Of a stretch of DNA of 37,432 bases, positions 1 to 8,807 are shown in pieces. The notes below the pieces were generated by a model that was given only the letters and a program-made list of their open reading frames with translations, was not told the DNA's origin and made no database searches. Source of the stretch: an uncultured Spirochaetales bacterium (GTDB lineage: Bacteria > Spirochaetota > Spirochaetia > Sphaerochaetales > Sphaerochaetaceae); contig CADBOI010000158.1 of NCBI GenBank assembly GCA_902796335.1, positions 1-37,432 of the forward strand, written 5' to 3'. The position numbers and the translations under genes are program-made. The stretch's first letter is position 1. The number at the start of each line of letters is the position of its first letter.

Positions 1-188
1 ATGACGCTGAAAGACATGTGAAGACATGGGGAACACGGAGGCAACAGACACTGTTTGCAGTATATTGGAACAGATATTGTTGGCATCCAGTTAGTAAATA
101 TGTTTATAATACTGTTCGTGGAGCAATGACGGCAGGATAATGCGTCAGAATTTGCTCCATAGGATTGGATTGAAACCGGAGGTGGACG

Positions 189-2336
189 ATGGACGCAGTT
201 GTTGATAGAAGGGCGGCCCGCAAGTCAAAGCGCAATCATGCCTTGGCCCTCTGTGCAGCAGGGCTTCTGATCAACATAGTCGGTGTCCGTGTTGCCAGGG
301 CAACAGGAATCCCGTTTTATCTCGACAACATAGGAACTGTTCTTGCGGCGGTTCTGGGCGGAACCATTCCGGGAATTGCAGTCGGATTCTTCACGAACAT
401 TGTAAATGCGATAGGGGATTCGGAGACAGCTTATTACGGCTCTCTGTCCGTCATGATCGCCATTGCGGCCATCATTTTCGAGCACAAGGGATTCTTTACG
501 TTCAAGAAGCCCTGGAGACTGCTGGTGGTCATAGCTGTGTTCTCTCTGATCGGCGGAGCTCTGGGTTCCGTTCTCACATGGGCGCTCTACGGTTTCAGCT
601 TCGGAAGCGGTATTTCGGCGCCGCTCGCCCACAGGCTTTATGAGACCGGTCATTTCTCGCAGTTCTTCTCGCAGTTCAGCGCCGACATCATCATAGACAT
701 CGCCGACAAGGCGGTGACGGTTCTGATTGCTACGGCCGTGCTGCATTTCCTGCCAGAGAAACTGCGCAACGATCTTGTTCTCACAGGTTGGCATCAGACA
801 CCTCTTACGGATGAGACGCTCGAGGAGGCCAGAAAGAGACGCAAGGACAGCAAGTCTCTGCAGTCGAAGATCATACTTCTCGTTGTAACGGCAATGCTGG
901 TTGTTGCAATTGTGGTCACCGTGATAAGCTTCATCTACTACCGGAGAGCCGCAATCCAGGAGCAGATATTCCAGGCCGAGGGTTATGTCCGTGTGGCCGC
1001 AAAGGTCGTCGACGGAGACAAGGTCAACGAGTACATTGAGAAAGGCTTCGATGCGGAAGGCTACGACCTGGCCTATAGCCGCTTCTACGATCTGGCAAAC
1101 AGCTCGGAGAACATCGAGTATGTATATGCCTATCAGATCCGTGAGGACGGATGTCATGTCGTCTTTGACGCAGACACTCCTGATCTTCCCGGCGAGGCTC
1201 CTGGTGCTCTGGTCGAGTTCGACGATGCATTCCTCGAATGCCTTCCGCAACTTCTGGCCGGAGAGAGGATAGAACCGATCATCTCGAATGAGAAATACGG
1301 ATGGCTGCTTTCTGTCTACGAGCCTGTCTACGACAGCAACGGGAAGTGCCAGTGCTACATAGGCGTGGACCTGAACATGGACCAGATCGCCATAGACGGC
1401 TATCAGTTCCTGGCCAGAGTCATTTCTCTTCTGGTCGGATTCTTCCTGCTGATCCTTGCTTTGACGATCTGGCTTGTCGAGTACAGCGTCGTCCTTCCAA
1501 TCAACGCCATGTCGATAGCCACCGGGCGGTTCGCAAATGACAGCGGAGCCGCACTTGAGGAGGCCGTCGAGGGTATCCGGGAGCTGGATATCCAGACGGG
1601 CGATGAGATCGAGAACCTCTACCATTCCGTGACCAAGACCACGGAGGACATGGTTTCAGCAATCGAGAACGAGGAGCATCAGAAGCAGGTCATCACCAAA
1701 ATGCAGAACGGTCTGATCCTTGTGCTTGCCGACATGGTGGAGAGCAGGGACGAATGCACGGGCCAGCATGTCAGAAAGACAGCCGCCTATACCGATGTCA
1801 TCATGCGCGAGCTGAAGAAGGAGGGCGTGTACACGGACCAGCTCACCGATGAGTTCATCTCGGACGTGTTCAACTCTGCTCCGCTTCATGACATAGGAAA
1901 GATCAAGGTCTCCGATATGATCCTGAACAAGCCTGGAAAACTCACCGACGAGGAGTTCGAGGTCATGAAGACCCATACCACAGCAGGATCCGAGGTCATA
2001 GAGCATGCAATGCGCCTGGTGTCCGAGAAAGACTCTGCATACCTGAAGGAAGCGAACAACCTCGCTCTCTACCATCACGAGAAATGGAACGGATGCGGAT
2101 ATCCGACCGGCCTGAAAGGCGAGGAGATTCCGCTTTCCGCAAGAATCATGGCTGTAGCCGATGTCTTCGACGCGCTTGTGTCGGTCAGAAGCTACAAGAA
2201 GAGCTTCTCTTTCGAGGAGGCCATGGACATCATCAAGAATGGGTCGGGTTCACATTTCGATCCTGCCATCGTCACTGCATTTGTCAATGCAAGTGACGAG
2301 GTTCGCAGAATCATGAACACAAATATGGCGATCTGA
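189..2336 (+). CDS. Membrane-anchored HD-GYP domain signalling protein (putative c-di-GMP phosphodiesterase) with a polytopic N-terminal domain and an extracytoplasmic Cache-like domain
   Basis: ATG at 189 follows GGAGGTGG. The protein is 715 aa. The first ~200 aa contain about six hydrophobic helices. Next come a TM helix (IILLVVTAMLVVAIVVTVISFIYY), a ~170-aa soluble segment (YVYAYQIREDG...GWLLSVYEPVYD...GVDLNM) and a second TM helix. The C-terminal part carries HDIGK (HD codons at nt 1887-1892) and HHEKWNGCGYP (nt 2073-2105), the HD-GYP signature. Confidence 0.9.
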   Translation: MDAVVDRRAARKSKRNHALALCAAGLLINIVGVRVARATGIPFYLDNIGTVLAAVLGGTIPGIAVGFFTNIVNAIGDSETAYYGSLSVMIAIAAIIFEHKGFFTFKKPWRLLVVIAVFSLIGGALGSVLTWALYGFSFGSGISAPLAHRLYETGHFSQFFSQFSADIIIDIADKAVTVLIATAVLHFLPEKLRNDLVLTGWHQTPLTDETLEEARKRRKDSKSLQSKIILLVVTAMLVVAIVVTVISFIYYRRAAIQEQIFQAEGYVRVAAKVVDGDKVNEYIEKGFDAEGYDLAYSRFYDLANSSENIEYVYAYQIREDGCHVVFDADTPDLPGEAPGALVEFDDAFLECLPQLLAGERIEPIISNEKYGWLLSVYEPVYDSNGKCQCYIGVDLNMDQIAIDGYQFLARVISLLVGFFLLILALTIWLVEYSVVLPINAMSIATGRFANDSGAALEEAVEGIRELDIQTGDEIENLYHSVTKTTEDMVSAIENEEHQKQVITKMQNGLILVLADMVESRDECTGQHVRKTAAYTDVIMRELKKEGVYTDQLTDEFISDVFNSAPLHDIGKIKVSDMILNKPGKLTDEEFEVMKTHTTAGSEVIEHAMRLVSEKDSAYLKEANNLALYHHEKWNGCGYPTGLKGEEIPLSARIMAVADVFDALVSVRSYKKSFSFEEAMDIIKNGSGSHFDPAIVTAFVNASDEVRRIMNTNMAI

Positions 2337-2342
2337 TTTCCA

Positions 2343-4136
2343 TCAGAACGATACGTTGACGCTGAAAGAGAACTGGGTGTCGGTTTTGCCGTCGCTGTAG
2401 GTCTTTGTGTCAGAGGCGTAGTTCCACTTGCCGATCCAGTCGAGCTCGGCCTCAAGTTTCACTCCTGGCCATCTGAAGAGGGTCTCCATGTCAAAGCTTA
2501 CGTTGGATGACAGGAAGATGGCCCGTTTCCACTGGGTGCCGGAAGGAGTGCTTCCGGGGTAGTTCGGCGGATCATCGTTGTTTCCGTCCACGTTGTGAGG
2601 GACAAAGAGATTGAACTCCCCGATCTGCAGCAGTCTTGCAAACAGCTTTGCCTTCAGCATGCCCGGGATGGAATACACTCCGCCGAGCTCCAGGGCCTGG
2701 GCATCTCCTCCATACGGGAATCCGATGTACTCGAACACCAGGGCATTGCTGTAGAATCTACGGGCATCTCCCACGGGCTGCTCCTCAAGCTCGGTGGTAA
2801 GGTGGAAATAGCGTGTCAGCTTCACGAAATCGACTTTGTCACGTCGATAGAGAAGTGGAGCTGTGTAGGCAAACTCGGCATAGAACCTGGCAATTCCGTC
2901 ACCTATGGGTACGGTGTACTTGGCTCCTGCCACAAGGCCCCAGGCATCGCCCTGTGAATGGTCCTCATTAGGGGCCTGCGCCTGATCCAGGGCGAACTGT
3001 CCGTATGCTTCCAGACCTTTCAGCGGTGCCCAGTTTACCTCCGCATAGGCTATTGCATTGAACATGCTTCTGTTGTTCAGATTGTGCCAGACGAAAGCCG
3101 GATTGAAGAAGGAGAGGTCCAGGACCTGAGAATTGCCGTTTTCTGATGCGATTCTGAACATCACATCCTCGGAGATGATGAAAGAGAGGTTTGCAAGAGG
3201 TCTGAACTCCAGGGTGTGGATCATGAATATCCTCACGTCATCGCTGACAACTTCTCCGGGAGAGGTGAGTCCGTTCAGAAAAAGGTTTGTCCACTGGTAT
3301 TTGAAGCCGTTGGAGAAGAAGGACAGCGAGAAGTAATCCTCAAAATCCGTGTGGTTGTCCACCAGCATGTTTCCAAGTGTGGAGTTTCCTATCTCAATTC
3401 GGTCACGTGCTATCTGCAGATTCCATCTCTTGCCTCCGACTGAGAACACGGCACGTTTGGGCCAGATGAAGTCGAAGTACGTGCTGTTCTTCGGGATGTT
3501 CGTTGCAAAGGGTCTGGAATAGAGCCAGGATTTGACCATCATGTGGGCATCGGGATCCATGAAATAGCTGCCGATGTATCCGTCGTTGGAGAGGACTCCG
3601 CCGCCGGTCTGGTCGGGATTCAGACTTACGAACGTATCGTACATGGAAACCCTGCCATAGCCGTACTGGATGTCACAGTAGGTGTAGAAAAGACTTCCGA
3701 CAGAGAAATCCATGGCCAGCTTTGCCAAAGGCAGACGGTTTTCGAATCCACGAAGCCAGTCGCTGTCCATGACAAATGAATCGGCATTCGTATGGGCATA
3801 GGCCTCCAGTGCCAGATCAAGTTTTACTCCGAATCCCCAGTCAGGGAAGGTCCACCTTGTGCTTTCATTTATGATGTCCTGAATTCTGGAATACATCTTT
3901 TTTTCAACAGGTGAAAGAGAGTTTTGGGCAATTCTTGACACTATTATTTCCGCTTCTGCCCGGGACCATGGCCGTCCTGTGGACGGTCTGGCCAGGCCCT
4001 GAAGCGAATACAGGTCATCTATAAGCTCATACAGCTCCGAACTCAGAGGAATGGTTTTTGAGTCAACACCATCTGCAAAGATGAGTGGTATTGCGAAAAC
4101 CAGGATGAAGGATATCAAGACAAGTTTTCTTCTCAT
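2343..4136 (-). CDS. Secreted beta-barrel outer-membrane protein candidate, Wzi-like (capsule-assembly family resemblance), paralogue 2
   Basis: 597 aa with signal peptide MRRKLVLISFILVFAIPLIFA. The N-terminal motif YELIDDLYSLQGLARPSTGRPWSRAEAEIIVSRI is shared with the upstream paralogue. The body is rich in Gly, Tyr and aromatic residues, and the protein ends ...FSFSVNVSF (terminal Phe, typical of OMP barrels). It starts 5 nt after the stop of the upstream paralogue. The Wzi resemblance is from memory of the family, not from a search. Confidence 0.65.
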   Translation of the reverse strand: MRRKLVLISFILVFAIPLIFADGVDSKTIPLSSELYELIDDLYSLQGLARPSTGRPWSRAEAEIIVSRIAQNSLSPVEKKMYSRIQDIINESTRWTFPDWGFGVKLDLALEAYAHTNADSFVMDSDWLRGFENRLPLAKLAMDFSVGSLFYTYCDIQYGYGRVSMYDTFVSLNPDQTGGGVLSNDGYIGSYFMDPDAHMMVKSWLYSRPFATNIPKNSTYFDFIWPKRAVFSVGGKRWNLQIARDRIEIGNSTLGNMLVDNHTDFEDYFSLSFFSNGFKYQWTNLFLNGLTSPGEVVSDDVRIFMIHTLEFRPLANLSFIISEDVMFRIASENGNSQVLDLSFFNPAFVWHNLNNRSMFNAIAYAEVNWAPLKGLEAYGQFALDQAQAPNEDHSQGDAWGLVAGAKYTVPIGDGIARFYAEFAYTAPLLYRRDKVDFVKLTRYFHLTTELEEQPVGDARRFYSNALVFEYIGFPYGGDAQALELGGVYSIPGMLKAKLFARLLQIGEFNLFVPHNVDGNNDDPPNYPGSTPSGTQWKRAIFLSSNVSFDMETLFRWPGVKLEAELDWIGKWNYASDTKTYSDGKTDTQFSFSVNVSF

Positions 4137-4141
4137 AACGG

Positions 4142-5884
4142 TCAGATTGAATACTTGATTCCTACAGTGAGCTGGATGTCGTTCTGGTTGTTGTTTCCGA
4201 TGTTGCCTTTGTTCTTCACGAATATGAAGTCCGCAGCAGCCGTAGCCGACAGGCCCTTCAGAATACAGTACTCGCCAGAGAGGGAGATCACGATGGTCTT
4301 CTCGACCGCATGTTCCTGTTTGATATAGCCATCGGAATAGTCGGGCTCGTGTCCGTATTCGTAGTCATCGGAATCAAACGGGTTGTAGGTGGTGGGAGTC
4401 GAGACAACCGGTGTCTGGTCGTTGTCTCCGTGGTACCATCCCCAGATGCTGTTGACATCCATAGATCCATGGACCATGTACATGGCTTCCAATCCGGCTT
4501 TGAAGACTCCGGGAACCTGATAGTTGACTTTTCCGTCCACAACAATCACATCGTTTCCGTACTTGTATGTGGTGAACATGTTCCTGTTCACCAGTCCGGT
4601 GTTCTTGAACGTCCTGTAGATGGCATCGAAACCGTAACCCTTGGTGTAGTCCTTGTGTGTGAAGCCTCTGATGTAGAGGAAGGGGTCTGTCTTTGCAAAC
4701 TCAATGCTTCCGTTAAGAATGCCGGTTCCGGCAGTCATGGCTCCCTTGACACCGACCAGGAAACCGAAAGCGGCCGGGTTGTACTTTCCCTCTCCGGGGC
4801 CGTTGAATTCATCGACAGCGAACTGACCGTAGACGTTCAGACCTGCCAGAGGAGTGTAGTTCGCTTCAAAGACAAGGAGTGAGTTTGCATTTCTGCGGAT
4901 GTATTCGTTGTGCATGAAGCCGAACGGGTTGATCTGTGCGAGGGTGAAGTTCTGGTCATCCAGTCTGGGATCAGACCAGAACATGCAGGCTTCGTTGACT
5001 ATGAGTCCGAGTCTGTTCTGGAACAGGTTGAACTCCAGACGGTGGACGATCATGGCCTTGTATCCGTCAAGACTTGTGTCCTGGTCGGCAACTGCCAATG
5101 GATAGATGGTTCCTACGATGGAGTACTTGAAGTTGTTGAAGAACGTGCTGAACATCGCAAGAGTGTGGCGGGGGAAGGAATCGGAGAACATGAGGTTTCC
5201 GGTTTCTCCGTTTCCCCAGCTGAGCTTGTCACGTCCGGCCATGATCGACCAGTGCTTTCCGCCTGCGGACACGAAAGCCCTTGCAGGGAAAGACCAGTCG
5301 AAGTTGTCCAGAAGACCGTCCTTTGTGAACAGAATGGAATCCAACAGAGGGACGTTGAATGTGAACGCGGTCCTGTAGAGGGCGTTGTTGCCTTCCTTTC
5401 CTATGTTGTTTCCGGCAGACAGTTCAAAGTATCCGTAAAAATGATCGGTAGGCCATGTCTCGAATCTGAACTTCACCAGCGGACTTCTGTATGTGAAACC
5501 ATGGAACCACTGATCCTGGTCCTTGAATTCCTCATTGTTGTGATAGTAGAGCTCAAGAGCGGCGTCCAGGCCGAACTGCATGGCGAGGTTGTCGGTGAAC
5601 TGTGTCTTGGGATTCGAAGTTATCTGTGATTCCACGTAATCGTAGTATTTCTTTGCTGTGTCTGAAAGCGAGCTCTTGTCTATTCTTGCAAGCATGAGCT
5701 GGAGTTCGGCTTCAGACCATGGACCGGCAGTTGATGGAAGACCCTTTCCTGCCAGGATGTAGAGTGTCTCCATTGCCTTGTATACGCCAGAGTCCACAGA
5801 GTAGAATTTCTGCTGATTTGAATAAGCGAATGCAGATGTGACGAGAATTGCTGCAACTAGCAGCAGTAAAGCTATTTTTTTCAT
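4142..5884 (-). CDS. Secreted beta-barrel outer-membrane protein candidate, Wzi-like, paralogue 1
   Basis: 580 aa. RBS GAAGGGAGAG lies upstream of the ATG at 5884. Signal peptide MKKIALLLLVAAILVTSAFA. N-terminal motif YKAMETLYILAGKGLPSTAGPWSEAELQLMLARID. Further blocks are shared with 2343..4136 (for example ...GGKHWSIMAGRDKLSWGNGETGNLMFSD vs GGKRWNLQIARDRIEIGNSTLGNMLVDN, and YGQFAVDE vs YGQFALDQ). Confidence 0.65.
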   Translation of the reverse strand: MKKIALLLLVAAILVTSAFAYSNQQKFYSVDSGVYKAMETLYILAGKGLPSTAGPWSEAELQLMLARIDKSSLSDTAKKYYDYVESQITSNPKTQFTDNLAMQFGLDAALELYYHNNEEFKDQDQWFHGFTYRSPLVKFRFETWPTDHFYGYFELSAGNNIGKEGNNALYRTAFTFNVPLLDSILFTKDGLLDNFDWSFPARAFVSAGGKHWSIMAGRDKLSWGNGETGNLMFSDSFPRHTLAMFSTFFNNFKYSIVGTIYPLAVADQDTSLDGYKAMIVHRLEFNLFQNRLGLIVNEACMFWSDPRLDDQNFTLAQINPFGFMHNEYIRRNANSLLVFEANYTPLAGLNVYGQFAVDEFNGPGEGKYNPAAFGFLVGVKGAMTAGTGILNGSIEFAKTDPFLYIRGFTHKDYTKGYGFDAIYRTFKNTGLVNRNMFTTYKYGNDVIVVDGKVNYQVPGVFKAGLEAMYMVHGSMDVNSIWGWYHGDNDQTPVVSTPTTYNPFDSDDYEYGHEPDYSDGYIKQEHAVEKTIVISLSGEYCILKGLSATAAADFIFVKNKGNIGNNNQNDIQLTVGIKYSI

Positions 5885-5984
5885 TGTTTCTCTCCCTTCG
5901 GATTAATGCTTCCATATACCCATATTAATTGTACCAGTTTGGGACTGAAATGGGGGAAAAACTAATTTGATGCATAACAAGATG

Positions 5985-6311
5985 TTATACCAAGACCCTT
6001 ATTAGAACCATGTAAAGGACGGTGGGAAGGACAATGCTCAGAAGGGTGTTCCTTTTCCATACATAGCTGGCTACGCAGACGGCAACCGAGATTCCGGCGG
6101 CCAGGGCGGTGGGGTCGGTGAACCTCACGTCCTTCAGGCAGAAGATCACGAGCATTCCGATCAGGGCTGGTGTGAGGTAGCGGTTCAGACTTGCTAGAAA
6201 ACGGCTCTCCGTCTTTCTGTGAAGCAGGCCGTTGATGATGAAGGGAAGGGTCCTGAGAAGGACTGTGACTGCAGATGCTATGATGCAGACGTAGAGTTCA
6301 GTTCCTGACAT
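5985..6311 (-). CDS. azlD: Branched-chain amino acid transport protein AzlD-like small membrane subunit
   Basis: 108 aa, strongly hydrophobic with 3-4 helices. It overlaps the 3' end of the AzlC-like gene by 14 nt, the classic azlCD arrangement. Confidence 0.75.
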   Translation of the reverse strand: MSGTELYVCIIASAVTVLLRTLPFIINGLLHRKTESRFLASLNRYLTPALIGMLVIFCLKDVRFTDPTALAAGISVAVCVASYVWKRNTLLSIVLPTVLYMVLIRVLV

Positions 6312-7002
6312 CCGGACCTCCTTTTCTTTCTTTGACGGCCACTGTCGTCACGACAGCAACCGAAATCGCTGCGAGACTCGGAATGAGGAAGCTTCCGGGG
6401 CCGAAGACAAGAAGGCAGACAAGTGTCGCCACAAGGCCCAGAACGGATGCGGGGATGCTTTTGTGCTTAAGAATCTGGTCAGTGAACGTGACGACAAAAA
6501 GTGCGGTCATTGAGAACTCGACACCGTAGAACGGAATGTCGACAAGTTTCTGGAAGCAGATTCCGAGGATTGTTCCCAGAACCCAATAGCTCTGGTTGAA
6601 CAAAGACAGCAGGAAATAGTATACGGGGGCATCCAGTCCTTCGGGAGCACCGTCGCAGACTATGGAGAATGTTTCGTCCGTGAGGGCGAATTCAAGATAG
6701 GGTTTGTACTTGCCTGTGTCCCGGTACTTGTCCAACATGCTGATGGAGTAGAACACATGCCTCAGGTTCACGGCGATTGTCATGAAGACCACATAAAGAG
6801 GGGAGGCTGAGGCCAGTATCAGGTTCACTGCCACATACTGCATGCTGCCCGCGAAAACTATCACACTGAAAAGGACGGCCGCCAGAGGACTGAGGCCGCT
6901 TGAGGTATATACCAGACCGAATCCTATACCCAGGGTGATGTAGCCTGCCATCACGGGAAGAGACTTGATGAATGCTGTGCGTACCTCATTGTGGTTATGC
7001 AT
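6298..7002 (-). CDS. azlC: AzlC family branched-chain amino acid permease subunit
   Basis: The track ORF (301 aa, reaching 7203) is over-extended. The ATG at 7002 (MHNHNEVRTAFIKSLPVMAGYITLGIGFGLV...) gives a 234-aa polytopic protein of typical AzlC length. This start also removes the overlap with the divergent 5'-nucleotidase gene. Confidence 0.8.
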   Translation of the reverse strand: MHNHNEVRTAFIKSLPVMAGYITLGIGFGLVYTSSGLSPLAAVLFSVIVFAGSMQYVAVNLILASASPLYVVFMTIAVNLRHVFYSISMLDKYRDTGKYKPYLEFALTDETFSIVCDGAPEGLDAPVYYFLLSLFNQSYWVLGTILGICFQKLVDIPFYGVEFSMTALFVVTFTDQILKHKSIPASVLGLVATLVCLLVFGPGSFLIPSLAAISVAVVTTVAVKERKGGPDVRN

Positions 7003-7133
7003 TATTATTGGCAAATATGGCATAAATATGCAAAAAGGTAAAGAAGACGGACTTATTTTCAAATCCGTATTCCATAACATGGGCCGTTCAATTATAATAT
7101 TCAACCAGATATACAGCATTGAAGGTGGTGGAA

Positions 7134-8747
7134 ATGAGTATTGGAAAAAAGGCTCTGGCAGTTCTGTTTGTCGCGTTTGTTCTGGTCTGCGGTGTTTTCG
7201 CACAGTCGATCAGCGAAGCCACACACGGTGAATACGAAGGGAAGGTGGTGATCCTCCATTCGAACGATGTGCATGGCGCACTGGAGGGCTATGCGAACAT
7301 GGCCGGTCTCAGGGACCGCTTCAGGGATGAGGGTGCCGAAGTCATTCTTGTCGATGACGGTGATTTCAGCCAGGGTTCTGCATATGTCAATGTCTACAAG
7401 GGCAAAAGTGCTGTGGATATGATGAACAGGGTAGGCTATGATATCGTGGGTCTGGGAAACCATGACTTCGATTTCGGATACCAGAATCTTGTGGACAATC
7501 TCAAGGACGCCCGTTTCAAGGTCATCTGTTCCAACGTTTTCGGTCCTGACGGTGCTCCCATCTATGATGCAAGCTATGTCTATACCACTCGTGGAGGGCT
7601 GAGAATCGCTTTCTTCTCCATGGATACTCCCGAGACCATGACAAAATCCAATCCTGCAAAACTCGGGGATGTGAAGTTTGCAACAGGTGATGCTTTCTTC
7701 GACATCGCCCGTTCGATGGTGGACGAATACAAACACAATCAGGGTTGCAGCCTTCTCATCTGCCTCACGCATCTTGGAACGGATGTCGCGTCAATGCCAT
7801 ATACTTCGTACAATCTGTATGAGAAGGTCGCTGGAATCGATTTCATCATCGACGGCCACTCGCACACTATCTTCAGTTCATACGACGGGCTCCCCATCCA
7901 GCAGACAGGAACCAAATTCCAGGAAATCGGTGTCATTGTAATCGATGAGGCCTCCGGCAGAATCGAGGCGAGCTATGTTCTTCCTGTAGATCTCCTTCCT
8001 TCGGACGATGATGTAGCAGCCTATGCCCAGACAATAGTGGACAAGGTCAATGCCGAGTTCGAGATCAAGTTCGCTGAATCTGCTGTCGACCTCAACGGAG
8101 ACAGGGATCCCGGAAACAGAACCATGGAGACAAACCTTGGAGACCTCGTCTGCGATTCAATGATGTGGGTCATCACATCCGATACTTCCGGCATCAAGGT
8201 TCCTCAGGAGAATCTGATTGTCCTGAACAACGGCGGAGGAATCCGCGACTGGATCAGGAAGGGTGATGTCACCAAGAAGGGTGTCAACAATGTACTTCCG
8301 TTCGGAAACACGGTCTACCTTGTATATGTCAAAGGTTCTGTGATTCTCGATGCGCTCGAGGCCTCGACATTCTGCACTCCTTCATCGGTCGGAGCTTTCC
8401 CTCAGGTTGCCGGAATCAAGATGACTATTGACACCACAAAGAAATACGATGCAAAACCGGAGACGTATCCGAACTCAACGTATTATGGTCCGGCCTCGAT
8501 TAATCGTGTGACGATCGACAGCGTTAACGGCAAGGCGTTCGACCCGGATGCGACATACGGAGTCATCACTAACGACTTCGTTGCCGCAGGCGGTGACACA
8601 TACTATGCGTTCGGCAGCGCCAAGGACAAGTTCGATACAGGTCTTCCTCTCGACGAGGTTCTGATGGATTACATAACCGAGGTGCTCGGCGGGGTCATTG
8701 GTGATAAGTACGCCCAGCCGGCGGGAAGGATTACCGTTAAGCAGTGA
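7134..8747 (+). CDS. Secreted bifunctional metallophosphatase / 5'-nucleotidase (UshA/YfkN-like)
   Basis: The track start at 7119 is a TTG. The ATG at 7134 follows AAGGTGGTGG. Signal peptide MSIGKKALAVLFVAFVLVCGVFAQ, with a possible lipobox Cys. Calcineurin-type motifs are present: ILHSNDVHG, DDGDFSQGS, GNHDFDFG, THLG, GHSH. The C-terminal 5'-nucleotidase substrate domain shows ...NNGGGIR...FGN. Confidence 0.9.
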   Translation: MSIGKKALAVLFVAFVLVCGVFAQSISEATHGEYEGKVVILHSNDVHGALEGYANMAGLRDRFRDEGAEVILVDDGDFSQGSAYVNVYKGKSAVDMMNRVGYDIVGLGNHDFDFGYQNLVDNLKDARFKVICSNVFGPDGAPIYDASYVYTTRGGLRIAFFSMDTPETMTKSNPAKLGDVKFATGDAFFDIARSMVDEYKHNQGCSLLICLTHLGTDVASMPYTSYNLYEKVAGIDFIIDGHSHTIFSSYDGLPIQQTGTKFQEIGVIVIDEASGRIEASYVLPVDLLPSDDDVAAYAQTIVDKVNAEFEIKFAESAVDLNGDRDPGNRTMETNLGDLVCDSMMWVITSDTSGIKVPQENLIVLNNGGGIRDWIRKGDVTKKGVNNVLPFGNTVYLVYVKGSVILDALEASTFCTPSSVGAFPQVAGIKMTIDTTKKYDAKPETYPNSTYYGPASINRVTIDSVNGKAFDPDATYGVITNDFVAAGGDTYYAFGSAKDKFDTGLPLDEVLMDYITEVLGGVIGDKYAQPAGRITVKQ

Positions 8748-8767
8748 GTTTGAAGCTTGAATGTGAT

Positions 8768-8791
8768 GCTCGGCCGCACAAGCGGTCGAGC
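8768..8791. terminator. GC-rich hairpin between convergent genes (possible bidirectional terminator)
   Basis: GCTCGGCCGC-acaa-GCGGTCGAGC forms a 10-bp stem with one G.U pair and a 4-nt loop. It lies between the 5'-nucleotidase stop (8747) and the flavodoxin stop (8808). Neither side has a clear U-tract. Confidence 0.4.
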
Positions 8792-8807
8792 GATAAAGCA
8801 TGAGAGC

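Noticed and set aside
1-96. Possible gene fragments at the left edge: a + strand frame stopping at nt 19-21, and a minus-strand ATG at nt 96 that stays open to the edge
   Set aside because: They are too short (about 6 and 32 codons) and compositionally unconvincing (Cys/Pro-rich), so they cannot be supported from this window.
225-1625. 466-aa ORF on the minus strand, antisense to the HD-GYP gene
   Set aside because: This is a shadow ORF. Its composition is Arg/Gln/Asp/Val-rich and low in complexity, and it has no RBS and no recognisable motif. The sense frame carries clear TM, Cache-like and HD-GYP features. Such long antisense ORFs are expected when the sense strand avoids TTA/CTA/TCA codons.
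4910-5629. 239-aa + strand ORF inside the Wzi-like gene (similar antisense ORFs at 4310..4882, 8757..9254, 12407..12928, 14178..14807, 25225..26469, 29926..30492, 34392..35018)
   Set aside because: All are antisense to, or out of frame with, CDSs that have signal peptides, TM helices or catalytic motifs. None has an RBS or a recognisable domain.
7003-7203. N-terminal 67-codon extension of the AzlC ORF as given in the track
   Set aside because: The extension overlaps the divergent 5'-nucleotidase start and promoter region, and its sequence is Pro/Arg-rich and not membrane-like. The internal ATG at 7002 gives a normal-length AzlC.
7101-7772. 223-aa minus-strand ORF opposite the 5'-nucleotidase gene
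   Set aside because: It is antisense to a frame with the full set of metallophosphoesterase motifs, so it is a shadow ORF.
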